A program made the translations under genes and the position numbers. Below, one piece after another: positions 9,858-18,391 of a stretch of DNA of 64,000 nucleotides (positions are counted from its first letter, which is position 1; each line of letters starts with the position of its first letter). The notes beneath the pieces were generated by a model. It was not told the origin of the DNA, searched no databases, and saw nothing but the letters and a program-made list of their open reading frames with translations. Source of the DNA: Roseibacillus sp. (lineage in GTDB: Bacteria > Verrucomicrobiota > Verrucomicrobiia > Verrucomicrobiales > Akkermansiaceae); the NCBI GenBank assembly GCA_051251855.1, contig JBPOGI010000001.1, positions 448,001 through 512,000 on the forward strand, written 5' to 3'.

Positions 9858-10484
9858 TTAGGCTGCCGAGGCGAGTGAGATGGTAGCGAGTTGGAGGCCT
9901 GCGAGACGTCCGAGTCCTTCGGGAAGACTGAGGAGAGGAGTGAGGCTGTTCTGAATGCGGGCTTGAGCGAAACTGCCGTGAAGAAAGTTGTAGATGGCGC
10001 GTGAGGTTGCCTCGGGGTCTGCGATGTCAGTGAGGTTGTCGGCGAGAGCGTCCCGGAGGGTTGACGTGAGGTAGCCACGGAAGTGATCGAGATAGCCATT
10101 GATGGCGGAGGCAAGTTCGGGTTCGAGGGTGGAAATCTCTTGGGCAACGTTGCAAAAAGGGCATCCTAGGATGCGGTCGTGTTGTTCCTTTTGTTGAATC
10201 GCTACTTCAAAGTCTGCGTGGATGAGCGCCTCGAATCGTTCTTGAGGAGACTTACTGGCAGAGAAGATTTCGTCCAAATGGGGGCGGCTGTCGGTTTCCC
10301 ACAGATGTGCGAAAGCGGCGATAGCGAGTTCTGCTTTTGATTTGTAGAAGTAGTAGAAAGAGCCCTTCTTGACCTCGGCCTTCTCGCAAATGGCATCGAT
10401 GGTAACTGCGGAGTAGCATTGATTCCAGATGAGGCTGATGAGAGCTTCTTGAAGCTGGAGGGGAGCAGTGGAGGTTCGGCCCAT
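9858..10484 (-). CDS. TetR/AcrR family transcriptional regulator (NemR-like)
   Basis: TetR HTH (VTIDAICEKAEVKKGSFYYFYKSKAEL); C-terminal GCPFCN. Confidence 0.93.
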   Translation of the reverse strand: MGRTSTAPLQLQEALISLIWNQCYSAVTIDAICEKAEVKKGSFYYFYKSKAELAIAAFAHLWETDSRPHLDEIFSASKSPQERFEALIHADFEVAIQQKEQHDRILGCPFCNVAQEISTLEPELASAINGYLDHFRGYLTSTLRDALADNLTDIADPEATSRAIYNFLHGSFAQARIQNSLTPLLSLPEGLGRLAGLQLATISLASAA

Positions 10485-10490
10485 GGAGGG

Positions 10491-10520
10491 ACTTTACTTG
10501 ACTAATTGGTCAAGTAAAGT
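10491..10520. promoter_or_regulatory. Putative autoregulatory TetR operator
   Basis: ACTTTACTTGAC-TAATTG-GTCAAGTAAAGT with perfect 12-bp arms, 6 nt upstream of the TetR start. Confidence 0.75.
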
Positions 10521-10583
10521 GGTTTTTCTGATTTGGGAGGTCGTCTGAGAGAAGGGTTGGTAGTGAGAGGCGGTTCAGTGTAA

Positions 10584-11345
10584 GTGAAAGGCATGATTTT
10601 TCCTTTAAGTGATGATGACCGACATTTGACGGGGCCGGGTAAGGTGACGTTGACGTTGATTATTTTGAATGTCCTCTTGTTCGGCTACCAATCGATGAAC
10701 CCCGATTTTACTTTGGGTTGGAGTGTGATTCCCAAGGAAATGGTGACGGGGGTAGATTTAGTGGATAACCAAATTGTGGAGGGACCCGGTGGTCAGCAGG
10801 TGGAGGTTCCGCAAGCGCCGGGGCCGGGCTTCATCTATTTCACGGTCATTTCAGCGATGTTTATGCACGGTGGTCTAGCGCACATTGGAGGAAACATGCT
10901 CTATCTCTGGATTTTTGGAGACAATGTTGAGCACCGGTTTGGTTCGGTGAAGTTCTTGGTCTTTTATCTTTTGAGCGGCCTGGCAGCGACGGTGGCTCAG
11001 ATTCTAATGGGGCCGGAGAGTGTGATTCCGAACTTGGGGGCCTCGGGTGCGATCTCGGGAGTGATGGGAGCCTACTTGGTGCTCTTTCCCAAGAATCGGG
11101 TGAATGCGGTCTTTTTGTTTCGGATGATTTCGATACCAGCGATTGTGGTGCTGGGAATGTGGATCGCGATGCAGCTGTTCAGTGGCTATGGCACGCTGGG
11201 GCAGAATTCGCAGACCGGTGGGGTGGCTTATGCGGCTCACATTGGTGGGTTCGTTGCGGGGGTGGTTGCTGGGTTGGTAGCGAAGGTGTTGATGAAGAAG
11301 GAGCCGCAGGATCGTAAGTATGGGGTGTATACGCTGAAGGGGTAG
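10584..11345 (+). CDS. Rhomboid family intramembrane serine protease
   Basis: FMHGG.AHI.GNM, GASGAISG (catalytic Ser) and AHIGGF (catalytic His). Alternative ATG at 10593. Confidence 0.93.
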   Translation: MKGMIFPLSDDDRHLTGPGKVTLTLIILNVLLFGYQSMNPDFTLGWSVIPKEMVTGVDLVDNQIVEGPGGQQVEVPQAPGPGFIYFTVISAMFMHGGLAHIGGNMLYLWIFGDNVEHRFGSVKFLVFYLLSGLAATVAQILMGPESVIPNLGASGAISGVMGAYLVLFPKNRVNAVFLFRMISIPAIVVLGMWIAMQLFSGYGTLGQNSQTGGVAYAAHIGGFVAGVVAGLVAKVLMKKEPQDRKYGVYTLKG

Positions 11346-11417
11346 AAGAGCCTTTTACCTAGTGTTAGGATACAGAACGTTCTTCTAGCAGGTTGAAAAA
11401 TTTGCTCTTCTCTTTTG

Positions 11418-11813
11418 ATGCCAAGTCGAACGACTCACACAAAGCCTGGAACCCACAAGGTGATGAAGGCTATGGCCTATGAAAGTACGGTGGTGAGTTG
11501 GCTGATGCAGGATGGCTGGCAGGTCTTTCTTCCTATTCTCGACCATGGGCATAAGACCGATATTTTGATTTCCGATGGGCCTCATTTTCATCGAATTCAA
11601 ATCAAGACGGTCGAGGCCTCAGGTGAACAACATATTGTTCCCAATCTTTGGAAGGACAGTCATTGTGACTATGTGATCTTTTTTGCTCGGAATTCAACTT
11701 GGGGTTATGTCGCACCTGCTTTTGTCGAAAAGAATCGACCGCTGAATCATAAGGAGCATCAGAGATTCAATAAGAACCAGAAAGAGTTTTTGAAGGCGTT
11801 TCATAAAATCTAG
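11418..11813 (+). CDS. PD-(D/E)XK endonuclease-like protein (resembles the group I intron-associated family)
   Basis: E..V..WL..DGWQVFLP....KTDILI......RIQIKT pattern. Confidence 0.7.
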   Translation: MPSRTTHTKPGTHKVMKAMAYESTVVSWLMQDGWQVFLPILDHGHKTDILISDGPHFHRIQIKTVEASGEQHIVPNLWKDSHCDYVIFFARNSTWGYVAPAFVEKNRPLNHKEHQRFNKNQKEFLKAFHKI

Positions 11814-11875
11814 CGTTATCATTTCAAGAAACTGCAGGGGTCGGTAGGCTCAGGAAGAATCCTGTTTTGGTGAGG

Positions 11876-12769
11876 CTAGATATTGGTGTTGTCGATGTTA
11901 CGGGCGAGGTTCTCGAAGTGTTTGATGACTCGGTCAACAGTCTTTCCGTCGAGGGCCTTTTCTGGTTTTTTCTCCACTTCCTTCGAGATGTCGCGGGGGT
12001 CGCAGAGAGGGGCAGTGGGGTTTTGAGGCTTTTGAGAGACGTCCCAACCGGGGTAGACCAAGAGCGGATAGACGGGAATGTTACTCTCGATGATGTTAGA
12101 GAGTTCTTCTGAAAGCTCGATGGCGTTTTCTTTGAGGCGGGGGATGGTTTCGTCATCGAACCGGCCGTCGGGGAAAGTGATTCGTTCGTCGCTGACGGTG
12201 AGATGTTGTGGAAGGTCGCGATTGGAGTTGAGTTTCTTGGAGCGCGTTTTGGTTTCGATGAGGAAGACCCCTCGATGATCGAGGAGGATGTGGTCGTAGT
12301 TAAAGGGGTTTGGGGTAAAGGCCTTGTCCTGCTGGATGTCGTGGAAGACATGGAATCCCTTGGGGAGAAATTCTCGTATGAGGTAGTCGCCGACCACGCG
12401 TTCGCCGAGGGCTCCTAATCGCCATTTGCGGGCCTCGTCGAAGTGTTTGTGGAGCGAGCGAATGAAGTAAGCAGAGCAAAGAAAGAGTGAAGCGAGAATA
12501 CCTGCCGTGATAGGGCGGTTGGTCGGAGACAAGAGTATGAGGGCAAAGGCCAGTGCGGCGAATGTGATGACGCAGTAGAGGCCTTCTTCTCCTTTTTCGG
12601 ATAGCTGGCGGGCTCGGTGGGTGGCGTATTCACCAGGGAGGCGGTAGAATTTTTTACGAAAGGGATACTTAGAATCAGCATCTCGCTTCTTCTTGTCGCT
12701 CAAGATGACCCAGAAGAGAAGAGCGACTGGAATGAGCGCTGGGAGGGCTGGGAGAAGGTTGAAATTCAT
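11876..12769 (-). CDS. NERD (nuclease-related domain) protein with N-terminal transmembrane helices
   Basis: GALGERVV..L, VFHDI and NYDHILL...GVFLIETK NERD signature after 3 hydrophobic segments. Confidence 0.85.
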   Translation of the reverse strand: MNFNLLPALPALIPVALLFWVILSDKKKRDADSKYPFRKKFYRLPGEYATHRARQLSEKGEEGLYCVITFAALAFALILLSPTNRPITAGILASLFLCSAYFIRSLHKHFDEARKWRLGALGERVVGDYLIREFLPKGFHVFHDIQQDKAFTPNPFNYDHILLDHRGVFLIETKTRSKKLNSNRDLPQHLTVSDERITFPDGRFDDETIPRLKENAIELSEELSNIIESNIPVYPLLVYPGWDVSQKPQNPTAPLCDPRDISKEVEKKPEKALDGKTVDRVIKHFENLARNIDNTNI

Positions 12770-12807
12770 TGTGGATGGGATGGATGTTGTCCCAGTGGTT
12801 CCCGTGG

Positions 12808-15800
12808 TCAGAGTTGGCCGAGGGTGCGGAGGGTTTCGATGATTTCGTGGATCTCTTTTTCGCGCTTGGGGGCTTTATTGCCGAAGGCTTGGGAGAGGAG
12901 GGCGGGGTCGGGGCCGAGTTCGGTGAGGAGGGGTTGCAGGGCGGCGACTTGTTGGGTGAGGACTTTGGGCCACTTGAGCTTCTGGGTGCTGGCTTTGACG
13001 AGGGCCTTTTGGCTGGCGGGGAGGTCGAGGTCTTGCTCGGTGGCCCGTTGGGTGCCTTCGGGGTCTTGGAACTCGGGGCGGAGGTAGCGGATCTTGCCTT
13101 GCGCTTCTTCGGCGGCGCGCTCGTGGTTGAGGTCGACGAGGCGTTGCAGCAGGACTTGCTCGTATTTTTCGAGGTAGGGAGCGATGGCTTCGTGGAGTTT
13201 GCCGGGCTCGACTTCGAGTTGTGAAGTTGTCTCGTCCTCGGGGTCGTAGCAGGTGCCACGGAGGGCGTCCTGTTGCCATTGCCAAAGGTCGCTCCAGCCG
13301 TAGGCCTCGTAGGTGGCTTGGTCGATTTGGTCGTGGATTTGTTTCAGGAGGGTGACGAGGCCTTGGTCGTGGATGACTTTGTCTTTGTCGGTGAGGGGCT
13401 CTTCTTTGCGGAGCTTTTCGAGGACGTTATACATCCCGGTGAGGGTGAGGTCGGGGTGCTCGGCTTGGCGGGATTTTCGGTGGGCGTCGAGTTGTTCGCC
13501 GAGGTCGCGGAGACGTTCCTTGAGCGGGCCTTCGGGGAGGTCGGGGAAGGGGAAGGTCTCGAAGCAGCGGGTTTTTACGTAGACGGGGTCATTACCTACT
13601 CCAAGTTTACTGCCGGTGGCGAGCGCCCAAGCGACGTGGGGTGGGCTGGACAGTAATGCCAAAGAAGCTGGGTCTGCTACCGCTATATTTACGAGCTTGT
13701 TGTCAGGCAATATTGACTGGTCAAGAAAGGTGAAAAAGCGGTGTTTGCTGGTTTCAACGGTGGCGATGTAGCGAGGGAGCCCTGCGAGCTGCTCTCTTAG
13801 CTTCTGGTTAGGCTCTCCAAAAATCCACCAGAGTTTTTTGCGTGACTCTCGTTTGTTATTGTCTCGTTCAGGTTTCACCGTGTTCAGGAGATGCTGAAAA
13901 ATGCCGGGGTGATCATTCTGAAGTTCTTCAGCCGTGCTCCCGAAAGCATCAATGACTTTGACTAGTCTAGGGCTTGCAGCGAGGTCCCGGCCATTGCGGT
14001 AGTCGTGAATTATCTTCCTAGCCCCGGCTACGGAGCTTAATTCCAGAGATGTAGCGATTTCGGGAGTTACGATAAAGCCGCTGCCAAAGAGACAGAACCC
14101 ACGATTGCAAAGGTTCTCGTTGGCTCCGAGTGACGAGGTGCTCGTCAAGTTAGCGCCGACCTTTAAGTTTGGAGCAATAAACCCCTTCGTTGCTGATAGC
14201 TCAATGTCGTGTTCGCCTTCTTCGCGTTCTTCCTCCTCTATTACCAGAGCTAGCTTCCCGGAGGCTGAACTTTGGTTGGCTACCGTCATCGCAATTCTAA
14301 CTGCCGCGCCATCTGCTGAATCGACCCAAGGGTGATCGGGGATGGCAAAGGTGATGGAGACGGGCTTTTTCTCGTTTGCGAGAAAGGGCTCGATGCAGCG
14401 GCGGTTGAAGGTTTGGTGGATGGAATTGGTGGTGATGAAGCCGAATTGTTGGGCTTTGCCATCGCGGACCAGTTCGGCGGCTTGGTGCCACCAATACATG
14501 ACGAAGTCCCAGGAGTCGGGCTTGTGTTTTTTCCAAGCGAGGCGGAGGGCTTCGGTGTAGCCGTCGCCGAGATTGTCCCTCATGCGGGAGGCTCCGAGGA
14601 AGGGTGGGTTGCCGATGATGTAGTCGGCTTCGGGCCATTCGGTGCGGCGCGGATTGGTGTAGTCGAAAAGGGCTTTGCGGTGGCTTTCGTCGGGGACTTC
14701 TTTTCCGGTGACGGGGTGGGGCTTGGTGGTGCGGCCGTCCCAGATGGTGAGGACTTTTCCGGTTTCGGGATCGGTGCGGGGAATCATCTCGTCGTAGGCG
14801 AGGACGGCGTCTTGATTGAGGATGGTGTTCTGCTTGGGGAGGAGGGGTCTGTCGTTGGTGTCGGCGCTGCCGGTGGTCTTCTGATGCCATTGGAAGTAGC
14901 CAATCCAGAGCACGAGCTGGGCGATGGCGGCGGCGCGGCCGTTGATTTCGAGTCCCCAGAATTGGGAGGGGCGGACTTTGGTGTTGTCCATCTCTAACAG
15001 GCGGTTGCCACCGAGTTCTTCGAAGAGGTCGAGGACTTCGGCTTCGAGTTCCTTGAGGCGGGCGAGGGCGAGGTAGAGGAAGTTGCCGGAGCCGCAGGCG
15101 GGGTCGAGGATGCGGAGGCTGGTGAGGTGTTTGTGGAAGTTCTCGACTTCGGTGCGGGCTTTGAGGTCTTGGTCCTTGTCGTGGAGCTGGGCGGCGGCGG
15201 CGCGGGTGGCGTCCCATTGCTTGCGCAGGGGCGCGAGGAGGGTGGGTTCGATGAGGCGCTCGACGTAGGAGCGGGGGGTGTAGTGGGCGCCGAGCTTGTG
15301 GCGTTCGGCGGGGTCGAGGGCGCGCTCTAACAGGGTGCCGAAGATGGCGGGCTCGACTTCTTTCCAATCCTTGCGGGCGGCTTCGAGGAGGATTTCGATT
15401 TGTTCTTTGTTGAGGGGGAGGGCTTTGGGGTTCTCGAAGAGGCCGCCGTTGAAGTGGGGGACTTCTTGTAGGATGACGGTAGAGAAGGCGGCTCCGGTGG
15501 CCATCTCTTTCCAGAGTTGGGTGATGAGGACGGAGAAGCCTTGAGGAGCGGTGACGGCTTTGACAAGGAGGTCTTCGAAGGATTGTTGGGGGAGGAGGCC
15601 GACGTCTTCGGCGAAGAGGGTGAAGAGGAGACGCTGGAGGAAGGTGGCGATGAGGGTGGGGTCGTGGCCGTCTTTTTCTAAGGAGATGGCGAGCTTGGAG
15701 AGGGTGGTGGCGACTTCGCGGGTGACTTTGGCGGCCGTTTTGGAGGGGTCGAGACTGTGGGGTTCGGTCCAGATCTGGCGCAGGAGTTCGCGCTTGGCGG

Positions 15801-16317
15801 GGTCGCGCAGTTCCTCGAGGTAGATGCGGTGGTTGGCGGGGTCGGGGAAGCGGAGGTAGGTGCCGCCGGTGCCGGAGAATTCGGCGTAGATCTCGATAAG
15901 GTGGCCAACGTCGCAGACGATGAGGAAGGGGGGACGGCCTTCGTGGGAGGGGATGGCTCCGATGTAGTCGCGGGCCTGGTTGTAGGCTTTTTCGAGGGCT
16001 TTGTCCCAGGTCTTGGTGCCGCGCTTGCCGTGGCCGACTTTGCCGGTAGTTCCGCTGGAGCCTTGTTTGGTCTCGAGGACGAAGTGGCCGCGCTTGTAGA
16101 GGTCGAGGTAGACGGGGGCGGTGTGGCCATCCTTTTCGGTGCGGGTGAAGGCGCGGTCGATGACGTAGGCGTTGTGCTGATTGTCTTCGACCGAGGGCTC
16201 GGGTCGGTCGACGCCGAGGAGGTCGCAGAGCTCGGAGAGGAAGAGGGCGTAGTTGGAACGCTCGGCGGCTCCGGAGTTTTGCCAGCGGGTGATAAATGAT
16301 TCGATATCTGCAGCCAC
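12808..16317 (-). CDS. MmeI-like Type IIL/IIG restriction-modification enzyme (fused nuclease, adenine MTase and target-recognition domain)
   Basis: N-terminal DLYKRGHFVLETKQ nuclease motif; PAIFGTLLE, LGAHYTP, LDPACGSGNF (SAM), IGNPPF (catalytic) and CFETFPFP. Confidence 0.92.
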   Translation of the reverse strand: MAADIESFITRWQNSGAAERSNYALFLSELCDLLGVDRPEPSVEDNQHNAYVIDRAFTRTEKDGHTAPVYLDLYKRGHFVLETKQGSSGTTGKVGHGKRGTKTWDKALEKAYNQARDYIGAIPSHEGRPPFLIVCDVGHLIEIYAEFSGTGGTYLRFPDPANHRIYLEELRDPAKRELLRQIWTEPHSLDPSKTAAKVTREVATTLSKLAISLEKDGHDPTLIATFLQRLLFTLFAEDVGLLPQQSFEDLLVKAVTAPQGFSVLITQLWKEMATGAAFSTVILQEVPHFNGGLFENPKALPLNKEQIEILLEAARKDWKEVEPAIFGTLLERALDPAERHKLGAHYTPRSYVERLIEPTLLAPLRKQWDATRAAAAQLHDKDQDLKARTEVENFHKHLTSLRILDPACGSGNFLYLALARLKELEAEVLDLFEELGGNRLLEMDNTKVRPSQFWGLEINGRAAAIAQLVLWIGYFQWHQKTTGSADTNDRPLLPKQNTILNQDAVLAYDEMIPRTDPETGKVLTIWDGRTTKPHPVTGKEVPDESHRKALFDYTNPRRTEWPEADYIIGNPPFLGASRMRDNLGDGYTEALRLAWKKHKPDSWDFVMYWWHQAAELVRDGKAQQFGFITTNSIHQTFNRRCIEPFLANEKKPVSITFAIPDHPWVDSADGAAVRIAMTVANQSSASGKLALVIEEEEREEGEHDIELSATKGFIAPNLKVGANLTSTSSLGANENLCNRGFCLFGSGFIVTPEIATSLELSSVAGARKIIHDYRNGRDLAASPRLVKVIDAFGSTAEELQNDHPGIFQHLLNTVKPERDNNKRESRKKLWWIFGEPNQKLREQLAGLPRYIATVETSKHRFFTFLDQSILPDNKLVNIAVADPASLALLSSPPHVAWALATGSKLGVGNDPVYVKTRCFETFPFPDLPEGPLKERLRDLGEQLDAHRKSRQAEHPDLTLTGMYNVLEKLRKEEPLTDKDKVIHDQGLVTLLKQIHDQIDQATYEAYGWSDLWQWQQDALRGTCYDPEDETTSQLEVEPGKLHEAIAPYLEKYEQVLLQRLVDLNHERAAEEAQGKIRYLRPEFQDPEGTQRATEQDLDLPASQKALVKASTQKLKWPKVLTQQVAALQPLLTELGPDPALLSQAFGNKAPKREKEIHEIIETLRTLGQL

Positions 16318-16429
16318 GAGGGAAAGATGATGGTTAGAGTCGCAGAGGGGAAGGCTGGGGTGGGTAATTTTGGGGGTGAGTGTGAGGGTGAGGGATTCAC
16401 TCTGGGCTTTGCTCTCACAGCCCGTTGGG

Positions 16430-16549
16430 GCCGGTCGCAGACCCGGCGCTCCTAGGGGGGAGAACCCCAGTTCTGCGGCCGGTGTCTGTTGAAGGCTCGT
16501 CCGAACACAGCAGGCCGTTCGCGGGACTCTTTTTCAAAGAGTCGCTCCC
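16430..16549. repeat. Two REP-like hairpins with GCTCC(C) tails
   Basis: GCCGGTC-GCA-GACCCGGC-GCTCC (16430-16452) and GACTCTTT-TTC-AAAGAGTC-GCTCCC (16525-16549). Confidence 0.5.
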
Positions 16550-16601
16550 ACTCTGGTGGTCCGTGGGGAGGGTAGGCCGTTTGAGGGTATGGGTTGGTAG
16601 G

Positions 16602-16818
16602 CTAGTGTTCCACGACATTAAATTTGTGACACCGGTATTTTTCTTGAGATTTTTTGGAATTGCCTCCTTTCGTCGGATTGGGGGAGAAGCTTGAGGCTTT
16701 TTCCCAATAACCGCGTTGTTCGTCAGTCATGAATCCCGATTCACTCCTTCCTCTCGCCTTGTTCTTGGAAAAAATCCTCTGCGCCGAATGTCACAAAGTT
16801 AATGTCGTGGGACACTAG
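16602..16818. mobile_element. Non-autonomous MITE-like palindromic element, copy 1
   Basis: 30-bp terminal inverted repeats including CTAG ends (28/30 match); no transposase. Core shared with copies at 58604 and 59613. Confidence 0.8.
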
Positions 16819-17267
16819 TCCGGCGAAGTGGGGAACTCGTTGGTGACGTCGCGCCATTGAAGCCCACTGAGGGCTGGCGGGCTGGTGGGTTTTTCTTTGA
16901 GCAAGAGGGAGAAGAGTATTTCAGTTGTCTCCTGCGGTATAAAGTCCCGTTCTCGCGTCCACGGTCCATGCTCGCCTGAGTAGGGGTCTGGCTCTCCCGG
17001 AGAGAAAGGGTTGCTGAGGCAATCCCACGCACGGTAGTGAGTATAGCCAGCTTTAGTAGAGGCTCGAAAGAAACGGCATTCGACAAGGTAGCCCTCGGGG
17101 GTGCGGAGAGTTTGGAGATAGTCTCGGGAGCCTTCCCATTCGAGAATGAGATAGGCGTCGGGCAATTCGGTATCCAAGCGATTCAGGATACGGCGGAGGC
17201 TTGTCGCCTGAGGATTTAGAAGCTGTTGAGGGGAGCCTTGGCCGATTGTGAGACGAGTGAGAGGCAT
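16815..17267 (-). CDS. Hypothetical protein
   Basis: 150-aa globular-looking ORF from MPLTRLTIG; the stop codon lies in the CTAG of the MITE. Confidence 0.6.
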   Translation of the reverse strand: MPLTRLTIGQGSPQQLLNPQATSLRRILNRLDTELPDAYLILEWEGSRDYLQTLRTPEGYLVECRFFRASTKAGYTHYRAWDCLSNPFSPGEPDPYSGEHGPWTRERDFIPQETTEILFSLLLKEKPTSPPALSGLQWRDVTNEFPTSPD

Positions 17268-17418
17268 GATTGCGGAGGAGATTTTAGGCCTCGATTGGAG
17301 GACAAGCGGCGCATGAGTTTTAGGCGAAGACTTTTTGGGGTGGGAGGAGTTGAGCGTTCGCTCATTCTTCGGAAAACTCGAATCCGAAAATGCGAAGGCT
17401 GTAGATGCGAACTGATGC

Positions 17419-18312
17419 TTAATCCTCGCGAAGTTGCTTCGCAAACCATGACTGATTAGCGGGGTCGATCCGTAACCAGGTTCCCTTTTCGAAACTCTTT
17501 CCCTCTGTAACAACCTCGAGTCCAACCTCCACTCTGTCTTCCCGATAAGCGATGACGAGTTTATCGCCTTTGACTTCGAGAACAGGGAGAGAGTAGGCAT
17601 AGCGCCTCCGCTCTCCAGCAAAGCCCATTCCTTCGATAGTTACGAAAGATGTTCCTCCGACACATTTCTTCAAAGTATCGAGATCGAATCTGAGGAATTT
17701 CTGAGAGGTGACCTGCTTCACCGGGCTTTCGACTTCTTTGAGTGCCGCTGCCATCTTGATGTGAGCATCTCGAGAGGGACCCTTAATATGTCGTTCGCTT
17801 TGGGCGAGGGCTTTCTTCCAGATTCGATCCCGGTCTTTACTTGTTCCAAAATCAGCAGCACCATTTGACCAGAACCAGAACAAATGGTTAGCGAAAGCTC
17901 GTTGAAAATCTTCGGAGTTGTCTTCGTAGGTGCCTCGATTAGGGATTCTCGAGCGGTTATCTACCCAGCCGTCAGGAGCCAAAAACACCATGGAAATGTC
18001 TAGTTCATGTGTTTTGTTTTCCGCTATTTTAATGGAAGCACCTGGTCCTCCGCCTTTAGTTTGGCTAAGCGAGTAAACGAGCTTGTGGTCTTCGTTGATC
18101 AGTTGGTGGGTGCCAAGTGAGAGTTTTTTGCCGTTTCGCAATTCAAGTGTAATAGGGATAGAAGTGTCGGAGGTTCGACCTGTCGAAGCACGAAGAGATA
18201 GGAGTCTCGCCTTCGTCTCAGTCCCTTGCAAGCTTGTCCAAATGCGCCAATCGGTGAGGGGCTCGGCCCAGCAATTTGCGGCACAGAAAAGGAGAGCTAG
18301 AAAAAATTTCAC
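17419..18312 (-). CDS. Exported hypothetical protein with an N-terminal SHD1-like domain
   Basis: Signal peptide followed by WRIWTSLQG..TKARLL ... L...D motif. Confidence 0.65.
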   Translation of the reverse strand: MKFFLALLFCAANCWAEPLTDWRIWTSLQGTETKARLLSLRASTGRTSDTSIPITLELRNGKKLSLGTHQLINEDHKLVYSLSQTKGGGPGASIKIAENKTHELDISMVFLAPDGWVDNRSRIPNRGTYEDNSEDFQRAFANHLFWFWSNGAADFGTSKDRDRIWKKALAQSERHIKGPSRDAHIKMAAALKEVESPVKQVTSQKFLRFDLDTLKKCVGGTSFVTIEGMGFAGERRRYAYSLPVLEVKGDKLVIAYREDRVEVGLEVVTEGKSFEKGTWLRIDPANQSWFAKQLRED

Positions 18313-18391
18313 CTAGGCACGCTGACTCAAAAAAACTCTTCTGTATACAGGTTTCTATACGAGCTATGGCTTTCACTCTCTGATAAGAGGC

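Noticed and set aside
16815..17621. 268-aa long version of the hypothetical ORF
   Set aside because: Its N-terminal part overlaps the SHD1-like gene and looks non-coding; the ATG at 17267 is more plausible.
18341..18350. CTGTATACAG palindrome as an SOS box
   Set aside because: It lacks the CTGT-N8-ACAG spacing and is too short to support alone.
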